NCBI GenBank assembly: GCA_046563655.1 | Contig: CM102290.1 | Coordinates: 12,152,001-12,216,000 of the forward strand | Direction: 5' to 3' | From: Yuukianura sp. NJ FZ-2021 | Taxonomy: Eukaryota | Length of the DNA stretch: 64,000 bases | Part shown: positions 14,301-29,300 of the stretch, one piece after another | Numbering within the stretch: the stretch's first letter is position 1 | Layout: the number at the start of each line of letters is the position of its first letter | Made by a program: the position numbers and the translations under genes | The notes under the pieces: generated by a model | Databases searched by the model: none | What the model was told of the DNA's origin: nothing | Seen by the model: the letters and a program-made list of their open reading frames with translations, nothing else

Positions 14301-17300
14301 TTGTCCTTCTCAAGGGCCTAGGAGAATGGGACTTAAGGGCAGGAGGACTCAAGAAGCACGTCTCGAGGAAGATGATCCTACATGGATTGAACATGGATGA
14401 ACACAATTGGACTCAAGTCTCTCTTTCTTCCTCCCTTGATTTATGTTCCTGTCCGCATTTCAAAGGGAGTCAGTCACAGCCACCGGCAGGATCCTACGGG
14501 ATCTCCGCATTCTGTTTCTAACCAAGTCGTTGCCATGGTTTCGGCCATTGGGATTTTGATGAGCTCAAGACGGTTAGACTAACCAAGTCGTCAAATCAAT
14601 AGCCAACCAGTTGCAGCGACTAGTGAGGTGGCTGGAACTGCCAACTTGGTACTTCTTTTGAGCAATTTCAGTTTTTTAGTACAGAAGAACCTCTCTTATG
14701 GCAACTTTTTTTTCGGAATACCGTAAAATTTAAGTTTTGGCGGGAGCTAAACTTTCAAATGCTGAGGTAATGGATTTGGATGGTCCGATACTGATTCGAT
14801 ACAGAGGTTTACGGTATCGGAGCGAGTTGCTATAACAGGGGTTTTTCTGTATTTTTTGAACCACTGGAGTTTTTTTGTGTACTTTTTTTTAGTACATACT
14901 ATGAAGTTTTTTTTTTCGTATTTTGAAGAATAGTGGTGAGGTTTGAGTTGGTGAGGAATAGGAAAATATTTTTGTGAGAGTTTGTGGGGTGGTGTAAATG
15001 GAGAAAGTATGTAAATTGAGAGCGAGGGAAAGTCTAAATGTCTCTTTAGCATTAGAAATCCATCACAGTTCGGCACTTGTCACTCCCTCCGTCCCAATGA
15101 CTCCAAAGTGCGGAATAGACTTTAATGCATATTTATTTACATTGACTTTGACAGTTGAATTGCCACCATAATCCGTAACTCTGCCTAGGGTTGGAACTTC
15201 CAACTTGGAACTGGAAGTGTTGATGCTATCCATTCCGACCAGTGGCAATTGAAAAGAGAGCATCAAGAATGCTGAGATGCCCGACACAATGAAATTCATC
15301 TCTGCTTCACCACACCTTGGTTAGGTTTTGGTCTAACGTTGGTGTTGGCTCCTGATTCTGATCAACCTAACCTAACAAATTGTTTACACTCGGAGATTTG
15401 AACAAGACGATGGCCTAGAGGTTGGTTTTAATTGGAACTGAGAACGGGAAGCTAGGGTGAAAGGAGGTTAGGTTAGTGGATAGTGGTGGAGATGAGGTTT
15501 GAGGCTAGAGATCTTTGAACAAGGGAATAATTAGGAACCAATCTTGGATCTTTCTCTTGACATTGACAGTTTATCGTTATTCTGGTCTTTCGAAGCAGGC
15601 ATTGAGTGCTGGAGGGTTTCGGGTCAACGGATGCGCAGAAGCGATGAACGGTTCTCTTGAAGATCAACTTTTGTTGGCCTAATTCTGGTTTTGTTCCAAC
15701 AATGATTGTGCGATCGAATTGAATATAAACATAACCACAAGTCAGACCAATTAAAAAAATTTATAAGCATAAACAGGCTTTATGTAACTTTGAATTCATG
15801 TTGAAGTTGAGTATGGGACCACGCCATTTTGTTTAATTGTGTGTGTGTAATGTATGCAATTTTTAAATTTCCTTTTGAAATATTTTCAATGTGACAATCT
15901 GCTTATTGATACAATTTCGGTGTTGATACAATTCCCATTTTGATACTGGTTCAATATTGGAATTTTTCTGTTGATACAATTTCGCTGCTCACACAATTGC
16001 CATTTCGATACAATTTTAATTTCTCCGTTGATACAATTCAGTACAATTGATTTTTTTGATACAATTCAAAACAGTCTTTCATTTTATGTAGTTTGTCTGT
16101 TGATAAAATTCTTTTGAAGGAATTAAGCATGGGTAACTTTTCCGTTGTTGATCCAATTTGATTTTGATATAATTGAGTTGATACAATGGATATTGAAGTG
16201 ATTCAGCAGCTGACAGAATGACATTGAAGGAATTGATGAGCAAAGGTTGATGAGTTGTGTTGTGCTACATTACGCATAATACGGACATTAATTTTGGAAA
16301 AACTTTTGATGTTTGGATGATTCATTTCTGCAATAGCACGATGTGCCAAATGTTGTGAGTCAGACATTAGGTTATGAAGGAACTAGTCTGTTTTAATCTA
16401 ATAAACTAAGGTGTGAAGGTGGTTTTAATCGATTAAAACAAGTGTGAAGGTGTGATAATACTTGAGGATGATTTCTATAACAAAATGTAGTTGCGTTTCA
16501 CACTCTGCCTCACTTTAGGAAAGGAAATGATGAGGGTGAGGGTGGACGGAAATGAATTCTTTGTTTACGGCCCATGCCACTGGGCTTCGTGTTTAGTTTT
16601 TTTCCTGGAAAAAGGAGTTTAAACTGCTACTTAATTTGTGAGCATGAAAATGAAATCGTCGGGTGATAATTGCACAGAGGAAGATGTAATTGCGGCTAGA
16701 CTTGAAACTAGTTTTTGTACTAATGCTAAGAGATTTGGTCTCTGTCTGGATAGTTTTGGCCCTTTGTGTCCTGCGGATGTTGGACAGACTCATCGTCTGG
16801 AGTGACATGGCGATGAGTTATGATTAGATCTTGAATGGAACATGGGGAAAGCAGAGCCCTCGGAGAGCATGACTTGCAAGTTTCTTTTTGAAATGTGAAA
16901 TGTGTTTTTTTGAAAATTGAAATGTGCTGGAAGCGTCTGGTGGGGCTGGAGAGGTCGTGTCAGTGTCATTTCTGGTGAAGCTGTGTCGAAGGGATCCTGT
17001 TGAGCGTGACACTAAATACTTTGTGTGTTGAGATCCCATTTGAATATTCTGGACAGCCGAGGCGCTGAAAACAATGGCAGGGAACAGCGCATGTGCATTA
17101 ACAAAGTTATAACTTGATGAATCCTGTCAATTTTTTTGAAATTTTGAAAATTTCGGTTGGAGTGTGGAGTCAAACTGGATTTGGAGGTTGAGTTCCCTCG
17201 TTAGAATTTGACTTGAAAGTTTTTCTAAAAAAAAGCTAAATTTTTGTTAACTGTGAACGTGTGAATATGAAAAAGTTGTTTAATTGTGATGAATGGGAGT

Positions 17301-20300
17301 CGATTGAGGGTTGGAGTGACTCGTTGATTGACTTGCCTTGTTGCAATCAGGGTTCCTACGGTTCATGTCCCTTAGGTTAACATTAACCCAAAGTCTCTAG
17401 GCTTAACCCTCCGTTTTGTGCATTGAAGTTGATGGAAGTACCCTCCAGGTCCTTTTGCGTGACAAGCCGTGGCTCCAGCAGCAACAGGAGAGCAGCATCT
17501 GCTAGTTCTATCCATTGTGACATGTCATGTGGAAGGAATAGGCCATAGTGAATAAGGGCTCCTTCTTTGTGTCATTCTTTTCATTGTGTCCTTGCCAAGG
17601 GCTCCATGGACTCAATCGGTTAGGGTATGTTCAGAGTAGGCGCAGGGCATGGGCCCTTGGGCGGCAGTTTCAAGTGGAACATGACGCAACTTCAAAATCT
17701 GCTGAAAATCGAAACTGGAATGTCAATAATGTATTGACTGCGAACTAACTTTTTAGGTTAAGCCGAGGGTTAACCTAATGGGTTAAGCCTGGGGCAATGA
17801 CGCGGGTAGACCATGAACGTACTAACGTAACTGTGGTTAATTTGTGAGTAGGAGTGAAGGAATAGAGTATTAGGTTAGTTAGGCTAAAGTTAGGCTGGAT
17901 TAGTTTGATTGAGACACAAAGTTGTGTCCTGTGGCTGTTGACAAGGGGAAAGGGGTTAGGGAAAGTACTAGATTTAGTGGAAGTCGCATTTCCAAGTACA
18001 TAACCTAACGGACCTAACCTAAAGTCAGTTATGTTAAGAGTTTGGACGTGCGTGCCCTGATCTCATTTTCCTGTTCGCCCCTTCGACCCATTGAGATAAG
18101 TTCTCAAAACGTTAATTCAATTCCCGCGGACCAGTCCAGGAGACCAGTCAGTGCCAGTGGTGCTAACTTCCTATTTACGACAACATTCAATTCCAATTCA
18201 GCCGGCTTTAAATTATGCTACGAAGAATCTAGAGAGAGTTTCAGTCTAGGGAGAAAGCCAAACCTAACGGGCGTTCAGTTATGCGAGACATAAGTTTCCA
18301 ATTTTAGCAGGAAGTTCAGTGCAGACAGCATGCGACATCACAATTTCAAATGGAACGGCCACTCCCGCATTTAGAAGATTTAGAATTACTTTAATTTTGA
18401 AACAAACTGCTCCAGCGCATGCTCAGTTTCAACTTTTTTTTGAAAGTAGAATCGTGTCGGCGCAAAACTCGACGAGATTATGCTTTTTTTTTCTTGTTTT
18501 TGCAAAAATTATGGAGATTATTTTTGAATTCTCGGCGCAAACGTTGTTGCGAGGGGCTGAAGGTGCCCTTGGTCACTTTTTGTTCCTGGAAGTGTTGCTG
18601 AGTTTTTATTTTTCAAAAACTTGGACCCTATAATTATCCCGCCAAATTTTGACTTGGCAGAGGATGCATAAGGTGATGTTGGGTGATTTCATTATGAGTT
18701 TTAGCATAATTTGAAAACGGTGAAGATGGGTGTGAGTGGAGCATGAAATTACTGCAGATTTGTATCGAAACAAAACCTGAATTGCTAAGGTCTTTTCATA
18801 TTAGGGACATCTTTTTTTTTGCAATTTCGTACCACAGGCCCAAATTCCTAACCTGTTTTAAACTGTTTTTCAAAATAAGACATAGGAGTAATTTTTTGGA
18901 ATTTAAAAAAAGGGAAATGTTTGGAAGTAATAATTATGAAGGGACTGTTGAGTGTGATGGATAATCCTTTTGTTTTGAGTGGTGCTAAAGCGGATGAAGG
19001 TTGATTGTTGCTTTTGGGAAGAAGATGAGGATGCTGGCAATCATAAGTCCATTGTTCGGTGCAGTTTTGTCTAAAAATGAAAAGTATAGAGGCTGGTGCT
19101 GCCCTTGTAGGGAACTCGAAACGAAAAAGCTTCAATGTTGTGCCGGAGGATACAAAAAGATATGGAAAATGTATATACTTTTTTGGACTGCGGATGAAGG
19201 GAGCAAATGTAATGTAAGGGATTCGAAGGGCCCTTGGACTTATGTAAAAGCTAGACTGAAGAGAGGGGGACTTTGGAAATTTGAGAACCGCTGTGTCAGC
19301 TTTCGGTTTTTTGAGAATGAGCGACATGCGCAACATAAAAGTTGTGATGTGCTGTCGATTTTTGTATTTCAATACTGTTAGTTTTTAGGTTTTCGAAACT
19401 TGAATTTCAATTTTTGACGGGATAGAGTTTTGCGGGAGATATTTTTTTGAGTTTTTCCTCTGGAGATATTTTGAAGATAGGTTTTCGTGGAGATACTTTT
19501 GAGATATTTTTCCGCGAGTTTTTTTTTTCCTGGAGATACTTTTTCTCCAGGTCTAATGGTATGAACATTGTCCAATTTCAGAATTTTCGATTTTGAGTGA
19601 CAGTTCATTTTCAAAATTTTGAACTTTTTTTTGACTTTGATAGGGTTTAAATTGATTGAAGCGAGAGTGTTAATGGTAATTTTGGGTTAGGGTGGAGCAA
19701 CCTCTGCGTGTCAACACGCTGACGCTTGTTTTGTTCCTAAGGAATGCCATGGCTGATTCGAATAGTTTTTGAGTTGCCGCTAGCTGGAGACGAGCGTGTT
19801 TGAAATTGAAAGGGCCCTTAACCCCTGCCAGCAGTTTCAGTTTCCCTTTCATTGTACGAGGACTTAACAAGGGTCCCCATCTGTACGAGTTCCGCTGCTA
19901 CAGGCCCCTGGAAGTCTCTGGTTTGTTAAGCAAAGGACTCCTCCTTTGTTTTTGCATGTGAAACTGATGTTGACAGGACTACTTTTTACAATTTTAATTG
20001 TTGGCGCTCTGCTTTCCTTGAGTTAATTGTCTTTCTAAGGGCCCAGAGTGGTGTAAGGGTACATGTGGCAAGGGAAGTGGTTGAGAAGGTGAGAAAATGA
20101 TGTGAATGCTCATACATGCTATTAGTTGTCAGTTGGTAAGGGATGCAACCATGCCAAGTTGCGTGTCACTCGACAAGTACTTTTCACCATTCTTTTCACT
20201 TGGTACAGTAGAAGCCGATTGCACAACGGTACTACAGTGGAAGCCGATTGGACGATTAGGGTATTACTTAATAAAAAAATCAAAAGTCGAGCTGAACCGA

Positions 20301-23300
20301 AGTTGTAGTTTGGGAATTACGTATTATGTATTACATTTTATATAAAGTAGAATTTACATGCTACAATCATACATTTTGATCCATTATAAGCACTTTTACT
20401 TTACTAAAGATTACATAACGTAACAAAGGATTACCCATTCTACATGGGATTCAGGTTTAGGAGTATATCAAATTCTGGAATCGTGGTTTCGTGGTTATGT
20501 AAAAGCCCTAGAGTGAAAGGAATTTTACAAGGTTTTCGATTTCTTGAAAAACTTTGTTGTTGCGGTTAGTAAGGTGTGTTAGTTCGAGCAGTTTTGCGGT
20601 TGCGCAACTTTGTTTTGAAATTTTATCTATCACGGACTGTTCATTTTGTAAACCTAACTTTTTAGTAGAGACGAGTAATGGTAGTAATCGTGTAACCATG
20701 ATCGTGTAGGAGGTCATGAATTTTGTGAAGTGAGTAGTGCTTCTGCGCACTCGGATTTCGTGCTGCATGTATCAATTGAATTATGGTCTGCTTCTGCTCA
20801 CTTACTACTATATTTTAGCCAGAAATTAAAAATGTGATGATGATTGGGTGATACTAGTTTGGGTAATAGTGGTAGTTGGGAAATAGTTAGAGTGAGCAGT
20901 TGAGGAAATGGGTTAGTAAAAGTAAGGAAATGGGGCAAAGTGAGACTCTTTGGTTTTGGGTTAGGTTAGGGTAATTAGGGGGTTATTTGGAGATATAAAT
21001 TAAATGATTCCTAAGTTAAGGAGTGGGCTCCAAAAAAAAGTATTTTCTGGTAGAGTTTGCCCTATGATTAAAGGCCCTGACTCAACCAAAAGACCCCGGC
21101 AGAAGACAATGGGGCAGCAGGAATTGATTTAATTGGAGATAAAAGATAGAACATAACCAACAAAACATTTCATTTACTCCGGACCAACATGAACATGCAC
21201 CCTACTAACCTCCCTCCTCGGAGGGAGGAGGAGGAGGAGGGAGGGGGTCAGGGAGAGGGGAAAGTAGGAAGCCCTATTATCCCTACCTAGTAATTATAAA
21301 CCTACCTTACTCCTGGTAAGGCACTTTTATTTTTGTCTGGTTGCTAGGTAACTGTCAGATCCAGGGTCTCAGATGTAATTTGGGTAGGCGGCATTCTAAA
21401 CTTCTTTTTTGAAAAATCTGGAGACTTTTTTGGTTTTTGTAAATGTGGGGTTGAGAAGCATTTCATTTTCATTTGGTGGACTGTGGCATGAAAAGCATCA
21501 ATTTGAGGCAGTAATGCTCATCTTTTTAGTTTCTAAATTCTGCCAAAGTGGTGGAAATTGATGGTTGTGCTTCATTGGATGATGGGGGGATGACTGTTCA
21601 TATTTTACGTCAACGGGAACATCTGAGACTAGAAATTAGTGGGGGGATACCCGTTGCAGCAGGAGCGGTGCCAGTGATATGACGGCTGGAAGGTTGACGC
21701 TGTAGCCATGACGATGAATGGCTAATGATATGGCGATCGGTAGCCATTTTACTTGGTCAAACAAAAGTTTGCAGAGCAGCTAGCGGGAATTCATATTTGG
21801 TTCGAATTGAGAATTCGTAACTGGGACTAATTGTGGTAACGAGAATTCTTAAGTTAGGCTAAATGTGGCTACGAGAATTGGAATTCTGGAGTTGGACTAA
21901 TCTTTGCTGCGGGAATTCCCACCTAATGCTGATTTTGTTGCAGGGAATTCTCGTCGAGGGCTCGATTTTTCTATTCGAATTCCTGGCTGGGACTAATTGT
22001 GATTGAGAATTCCTGCCCGGGACTAATTGTGGCTATGAAAATTCTAAACTGGGACTAATTGTCATCATGTATAGGAATTCCTATTTCACTATGGGACTGA
22101 TCCAGGGTATAGGAATTCGTAGGTAGGACTAATCGTGGTTACTGGAATTCCTTGCTAGGACTAATCGTGTCAAATGGTATTCATCGCTTTTGTTGTGACT
22201 GGTTCTACCATTGAGTTTGTGTAGTATTACTGGGGATGGACATATGGCTACCCGTGGGTTGACATGTGGGTTTGGCTATTTGTGACTCTTGAGTCTTGAC
22301 TCGTGAGTCATGAGTCATGAAACAGTGAGTGGATGTTGAATTGAAGTTGATGTTGATGAGTGAAAGTGTTGGATAATGTGAGTCTCTGTATGAATGCTGA
22401 AGTAGGGATGAATTGAGGTGAGAGTTGGAAGGGAGCGAAGTGGAGAAAGTGGTTGCGAATTAGAGTTTTCCATTTGGGAGCGGGACTGATTCTGCCTGTC
22501 ATTCCTGAAAGCACACTTCTACTGCTATGTTGCAATACTCTACTGTGTGAACACTGACTATTTCAAAATGCCAAGCTATTGATTTCCCAATAAATGTAAA
22601 TTCCAACTGGAGAGAAAGGAGGGAGACAGGCAGTATCTTACCATGAGATCTCCCAATAATTGAATTCACAACGACAAGAATAGACACATTCGCACAATAG
22701 GCATAAAACCCACTTCTACTTTTTTATTTTCAACTTCCACGCTTCCTCGACTCCACTTTCTCCCTTTTAATGTCAACTTCACTTTTTGAAAGCATGGGAG
22801 GAATTTGTTAGGGTAGGTAGATAGGAATTATCAGGAATTCTTAGTGGTAAATTGCATACTTACATTGCATTACTTACATTACACACTTAGTACATAAATA
22901 CATTAATAACGTATGTCATAGTCGGTTGTGTTTGCCATAAGTCACTGCATAATAACTCCAGGTTTTGAATTTTGAATAATTCAAGTCGTAAAACGGAGCT
23001 AAACAGTTGAACATTTAAACAATTGCACAGTTTGATTTATTTCCTTCAAAAAACTATTATTCTCAACCAGTTTTTTTTGTTGTTGAATATGTTTTGAGTG
23101 TAGTTTGTGCGGGATGTAACTAATTGGTCATTTACGGTAACATTGGCTTCCTGTGTCCCGTAAAACTCAAAATTTGATGTTGAGGAAGTGTTGTTTACGA
23201 AGAAATTTTTTTTGTGTTTTTGGTTGGGAGTTTTTTAATATTTTTTTGAGAGTTGCATGACATGTTGCGGGGAGTGTGGAATTAATGGTTACTTTCTCAT

Positions 23301-26300
23301 CAGTTTTCCATCTTGATTCTTCCTTTTGGTGATGAGAATCAGTTAATGAACGTTGGAAAGGAAATGAAAGCGGGAAAATTTAATTTGATTGATTCCATGG
23401 GTAGAACTTTTCCTTTGTTTTCCTCGCTTTTAATGGTCTGCCTTTAGAGACTTCTCTTTGTGACTGCTCGGATTATGACTTTCGGCGGCGGTGGATTTGA
23501 ATTTCCCGGGTTTTGGAATCTGACGGGTTTGAAAGTAGGACTTACTGGAGAGTTGCTAATTGTCATTTTGAACCTTGCGCCAATCCTGGGACTGTAACAA
23601 TGAGTCCCATTGTGTCTTTGTATAATGTCGCCTAACATGATTCTGGTGGAATTTCTGTGGTGGAGAAACGATTTTGAAAGGAGAAATTGCCTCCATTCAT
23701 TTAACCATTGTTCTATGGAAAGTTGGATTTTAACTGCCGTTGGTGAGGTGGGTAGGATTCAAAATGTAGGCTGGAGGGAATCGTGGGATTTAAAAATTTA
23801 AAAAATGGCGCTGGAATGACCCGGTAGTTGAGGCAGTAATTTAGAGTTGGGTGGGTATAGCTTTTTTTCGTAAGTTGAAAAGCCTGGAGCAGTTTTATCC
23901 AAAAATGCTTACAGTTGAGTGATCTTTTCAAAGATGAGGTGAATGTGCATACGTAATTAGGTTGTGATCTACTCTTTTTGGACTGGAGAATAGTAGCAGG
24001 GCGGTTATGGACGGAAAGTTATGGACAGGTATGGACATTATGGACGGAAAAGGTAGAGAAAAGGTAGAAATGTAAAATACAACTTTTCTTAGCTCTATGC
24101 ACGATGATTTCTATCACCGGTACGGAAGTATCCGTACACAAGCGTCGGAAATGAACGAAGGTGAGGTAATACGGGGTGGAGCAGCGGGATTATTTGAACG
24201 TAGTGCCGAAGTGAGGTCCAAATTTTTAGGTTTAAATGTTAGGTGCTGTTCGCCCACGCACTTAATAGCTACGAAAATCCATAACTATTTCGTAATCACA
24301 GCCTTTCAATCTGATCTCTCTCAACTTTTTGTTAATTTTGGAAATGAGCGGGTTTAGAATTTGGGAAGATTTGAATCTGAAGAGATCCTGTTCCAGAAAG
24401 ACCCGCCCCTTCTGCCATCTCTCATAAATTTGTGTGGATGGATTAAATTGGACATGAGATTATTCTCATATGGATCCACATTCCACATTGTTTTGGAGAG
24501 AAGGTTCCCAGGACCCTTGACCTCTCTGGATTGAGGGTCCAAGGGCCTGGGAGTCCCTTTAATTCAAAATTATCCAAATTCCGATCAATGCAAGATAGAC
24601 GAAGGGTTCTCAGGGGGAACACGGCACCTTCACGTAGAAATTGAAGCGTCAATCTTCATTGGTTATAGGTGGAGTGATGGACCTAGTAAGTGCATAGCAT
24701 TTGTGGTTCTGTGGAGGCAAGATTTGAATCTGGAGAGATTGAGATCCAGAATGGACTGGGGTAGTTGCTGGAGCCCTTTGTCCTGACTCCAACGATGCGT
24801 AGACACGTAGCCTTAGCCTAACAGTCGTTGATGGTACTTGTGATTCATGTGTGTGGTGGTGACAGGGGAACCCTTTGGCCGAAACCAGTGGGTGATTGAT
24901 GGCTCAGATCCATTTTGTCTATGTCAAGCACAAAATCTGGACTGGAAGAACGAGGTTCTCCTAAATTTACAATCTCTTACGTTTCATTTGAAAACCATCA
25001 GTGCACAAATTAAGCCTTTGGAAACTGAAAATCCCGGGGAAAGTAGCTTTTTTGCGGATTTTTTTTTTACTTTTTAACATTTCGAGGGATGTGAAACCAA
25101 GAGGGTTTGGATTTGCTTCGGCTTGTAATCATTTACAAAACGGCGGAAACGAAAAAATGTCGATTAGGTTTCAAATTTTGGCGGAATTATTAAAATCCGG
25201 CTTATTTCGGTTTAATTTACTGGAGTAGGAGGTAGTAACTTGGTTTTTTTTTCAGAATTTTTTCTTGAAAGAATTCCAATTTTTTTTTGTAAAAGAACGC
25301 TGAAACCGTAGTATTGCTTTGGGTGCTTGGAGAGCCATTGAATCTAAGTATTAATATCCAGCATGGGGTATTAAAAGTTAATGTATGGGCTTTTTTCAAT
25401 TTGAATTTTGGCGGTCTGATTAGGTCCATAACGTCAAAGGGCCCTTTGGTACTTAAATCCGAGCTGATTCTTATTTGAGATTGAAGATCTCAGAAGATTT
25501 GTAATAAGCCGATGAAATGATGTGGGATTAAGGTGCTCTGGAGGAACGTTGTCTCATTAGACCTTGAAGGGGGAGGGAGTGCCCCCTCCTCCTCTGCTGG
25601 AGGATTAGGTATTAATGGCATTAGAATGTAAGCAGAGGATGGTAGTCATGACGACGGAAGATGAAGATCTGTCACATGAGGCTCAATGAAATATATTAGA
25701 GTCTGGATGAGAGTTTTCATGTTGGAGGGGGGAACCCTGGGCAGGTGGAAATGGAGGGAATATTCGAATATTCAATTCTGTTTGAAAATGATGGGTTGAG
25801 TGCCTCTCGTGATGCTGGGAAAGTACGGAGAAAGGAAGATGAGGGTCATGATTTAATATGATCCAATATTGCATCAAGGGGAGCTACTCTGACTGAGAGT
25901 TCTCCCCCTGCCTGTATTGTATTTTCCAAATCTGAATACACATGTCACAATTGGAACAAGACTGTCTACTATGAGCAAGTCTGTGTACATGGCCGCACAA
26001 CAACCCAATTTAATACAACTCTATTCAATTCCATTTTCACAAATTATAAAACCTTGCTTTCCCCTCCTCCTCCCTTGCCGCCGTTCCCGTCTTTTGAGAA
26101 TGTCAAACAAGGAGTCATGCGATCCAAAAAGTTCTGGAAGGGCTACACAAACTAATACATGTGTCGAGAAACGCCATTTTGTGCAACTTGAATATGCATA
26201 GAGTTCAAGTTTCGAGTTCCAGGACGATCGTGGACGGTCACTTGTGGACATAGCTTCTCTTGGACGGAGTTGAGAGACGGAATTGTTGCCGGCCTGTGGT

Positions 26301-29300
26301 GGACGTTTACTTGTGCAACGGTAACGATATCTCCATGGACGGGCACAATGTGGACGGATTTTTCTGGACGGCACTGTTATGGACGGCACTGTTATGGACG
26401 GCATTGTTATGGACGGTATTGCTATTTAAGATACCAGTCCATAATTTACCGTCGAGAAGGTAGAAAGTAATCCTTAGATGTCCATGACTATTCCGGTCCG
26501 CTAGTTACCGTGCATGAGTGTCTGTTTAGGGAGCGTTGTAACGTTGTTTGTAACCCTGTAACTTTGTGAATTAAGGAAATCGGAATGAAAGTAGCGCCTG
26601 GATGAACCCGGGAACAATTAAATTTGGAGTAATCAATGTTTAAATGGAAATCACTCTTAAATGGGCTTAAGTAACTTTGAATTTGAAAGTGCCCGCGCTT
26701 TCCCCCTCATTTTAATTGAATCAAAGTTGCATATTGAAGGGAGCAGAGAAACATAGTTGAAGGGGTTTGAACATTTTAGAAGGGATTTGTTAGGTTGAGT
26801 TTGGATACAAATTTGGAATCGATTTGATTGTTGTGTTGAATTTGAGTTTTTTGTAAAGTTGAGAGAGTAATTGAATGGACGTTATGATTGAATAGACATG
26901 GGAAAAAGGGCCGTTGATGAGGAGTGAGGCAGCGGGGGGCGAAGGGGGGCCCTTATAAATGAGGCCTTGGCCTCACCTCTGATCTGTGCCTGGCTTCAAA
27001 GGCCCTTGGCCGGAGTAATTTCCAGTGGAAGTCGGGATAATTGAGCCTCCAAGAGCCCTTTAACTGGTAAAGTGCTTGGTGGGAATTACGTGGCGAGGGA
27101 ACCCTGGAGAGTCCAGAGACCCTGTAAGGGTCAGGAGGTCACTTTGGAAATTGGAGGTGATTGCGGTGCTCTTTGGGATGGAATCTTTCAATCCAAGGAA
27201 GATTCTAAGATTCTTTGGAGCTTCTCACGGTGAAGATTCTTCAATTGGTATGGACGTAGGAACAGCAACAAAGGATAGGTTGATTTGGATTTGAAAAAAA
27301 AAATTGTAAGGAATTCACACAGAATTTGGAAAAAAAAATTTTTTTCGAAATAGCGATTTCCAAGGGGTCCCTTTTTTTAATGCCGAAATTCTCGGATCTT
27401 GGCAACTTGTGAATTAGGAGAATCTGAATTTCAAAACATCGAGTTTCAAAACTCGGTTTTTTGTTTTTCTTCAAATTTTCAAATCCTTGAAGGTTTTCCA
27501 AAAAAAAACATATTTTTAAATACTAATTTTTTTGGGTGCAAGATGTGCCGAATTGCGGAGGCATAGATTTTCTCTTCCGTGAATTTTTTTTTCAATGCAT
27601 AATGTTGGGATTTCAAATCTTTGAAATTTTTTTGAAACTTGGAAATGTTTCACTTTTGAGTCTGGAAATGTTCAAGTTTTCAGGGAAAACGGGAGGTGGA
27701 TTGAGCGGGTTGGAAGTTAGTTTGTGATGCCGTGACAATTTTTTAGCAGAAGAAATTTTGCGATTGGTCGGAAAGTGAGAGCGAGAATAGTGTGAGTGCT
27801 GGAGGTTCCGCTTGAGCCGTAGGTGTGTCTGGAGAGGCGTTTTGAGCCTGGAAGTGGTCCTTGGGGTCATTCATTAAAGTGGAGGCTCCATTATCCTTGA
27901 TGGCAATTAGCACTTAACTCTTATCATTCCTCCACTTACTGAACTTGACACCTCCGTGTCTCCCCTGGCACACCTTACGTCCAAAATCAAAACAAAGGGC
28001 CCATGGACCTCGTATCTCCTGAGCATGTCCACAAATGGACTTGACGGAACCGGAATCATGGGCTAAAGGAATGCTAACCTCCCTAATGTCATGGATCTAG
28101 TTTGAATTTCCCTGGGCCAAGGTTTGGCCTAACAATTTTCATCGAGTGGTCAACTGGCGCAGTTTTTTGGGAGCTTTGGACTGGTTTCTATGAAATTCCT
28201 TGCCGCTTGAACTTTTAAGTTTTTGGGGATGTTTGAGTGTGGAGGTGACCCCGAAGAATAATAGTTGCTGACTTTTATCCAGCCAGCGTGGGGGAATTGA
28301 CTTGTTTGGAAAGCCTCTGCTAATAAATTATGATTTTAATGACTCAAGTTCCCCAAAGTTCTAACTAACTTAAAAGTGTAGAGGACTTGTTGAGGTTGGG
28401 CTCTTTCTCATTAGGCTTTTTGCCTCATAAACATTGAGACAAGGCTTATTCTTCCCGATTGAGACAAGATTGGACAGAGTCAAGACATAAAAAGTCAACT
28501 TTAAATTTTCTAATTTCCCGCCGTTCTTTATACGAACGACGACGGTAATCACAATGGTTTCCTTTTGACACAGGCTTTATACGATCAAGTCACTTGGGAA
28601 CTTTTGGAACGAGAACACTTTTTGAAAAAAAAAAGAGAAAAAGAAGAGGCTTTTTTGAATAAAGAAAAAGCTTTTTTGAAAAAGAAAAAGGTGATGATGG
28701 TGTGGGAAGGAACTCAATTTTGAGAATTCAAGTTTCGGCGGGTTTTCTGATTTATGTTCTGGATAGTTAGAGTTTGTTGGACAGGAGGGCTAGGTTTGTG
28801 GAATAAAATTTTGATGAAAATTGGAACTTTTTGAATTTTTTCTGTTTTTTGAAAATGGCCTGTAAAGTTGTGAGGAGAGGTTTTGTTGATTGTTGGTGAA
28901 AGGCCAATGGCCGTGGTTGGTTTGTGTGCAATTCCTGAGGCTGTGAGGCCATATCTCGGCAGAAGATCTCCTACATGCTCTGCATTATTAATCTCCACCT
29001 TTACACGCATTTACACCCCACTCGAACAATAGGCTTAAGTCAAATGGGAAGAAGACGCACATATCTAATCAAAACCACTTTTCCATTTTACCCGTTACCA
29101 AATACAATAGTAATCTTACCCGCAAAAGTGGATTCTCTCAAAACTCAGGAATTTAACTCAAAGGGAAACAAAAATTTAAAAAAAATTTGGAAGTTTTGTA
29201 AAGGCTCCAATTTAAACAAGCAAATTCTTAAAACCAGTACAGGATGTTGTAACACTTTTGAAAAAAAACAGAAAAAAAAAGAGAAACAGATTGCTCTAAC

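Noticed and set aside
18848..19381. Overlapping 174-aa and 126-aa ORFs
   Set aside because: No domain signature or coding-like pattern.
20204..20250. Duplicated TACAGTRGAAGCCGATTG resembling a mariner-type TIR
   Set aside because: Direct orientation only; no matching inverted end was found, so no element could be delimited.
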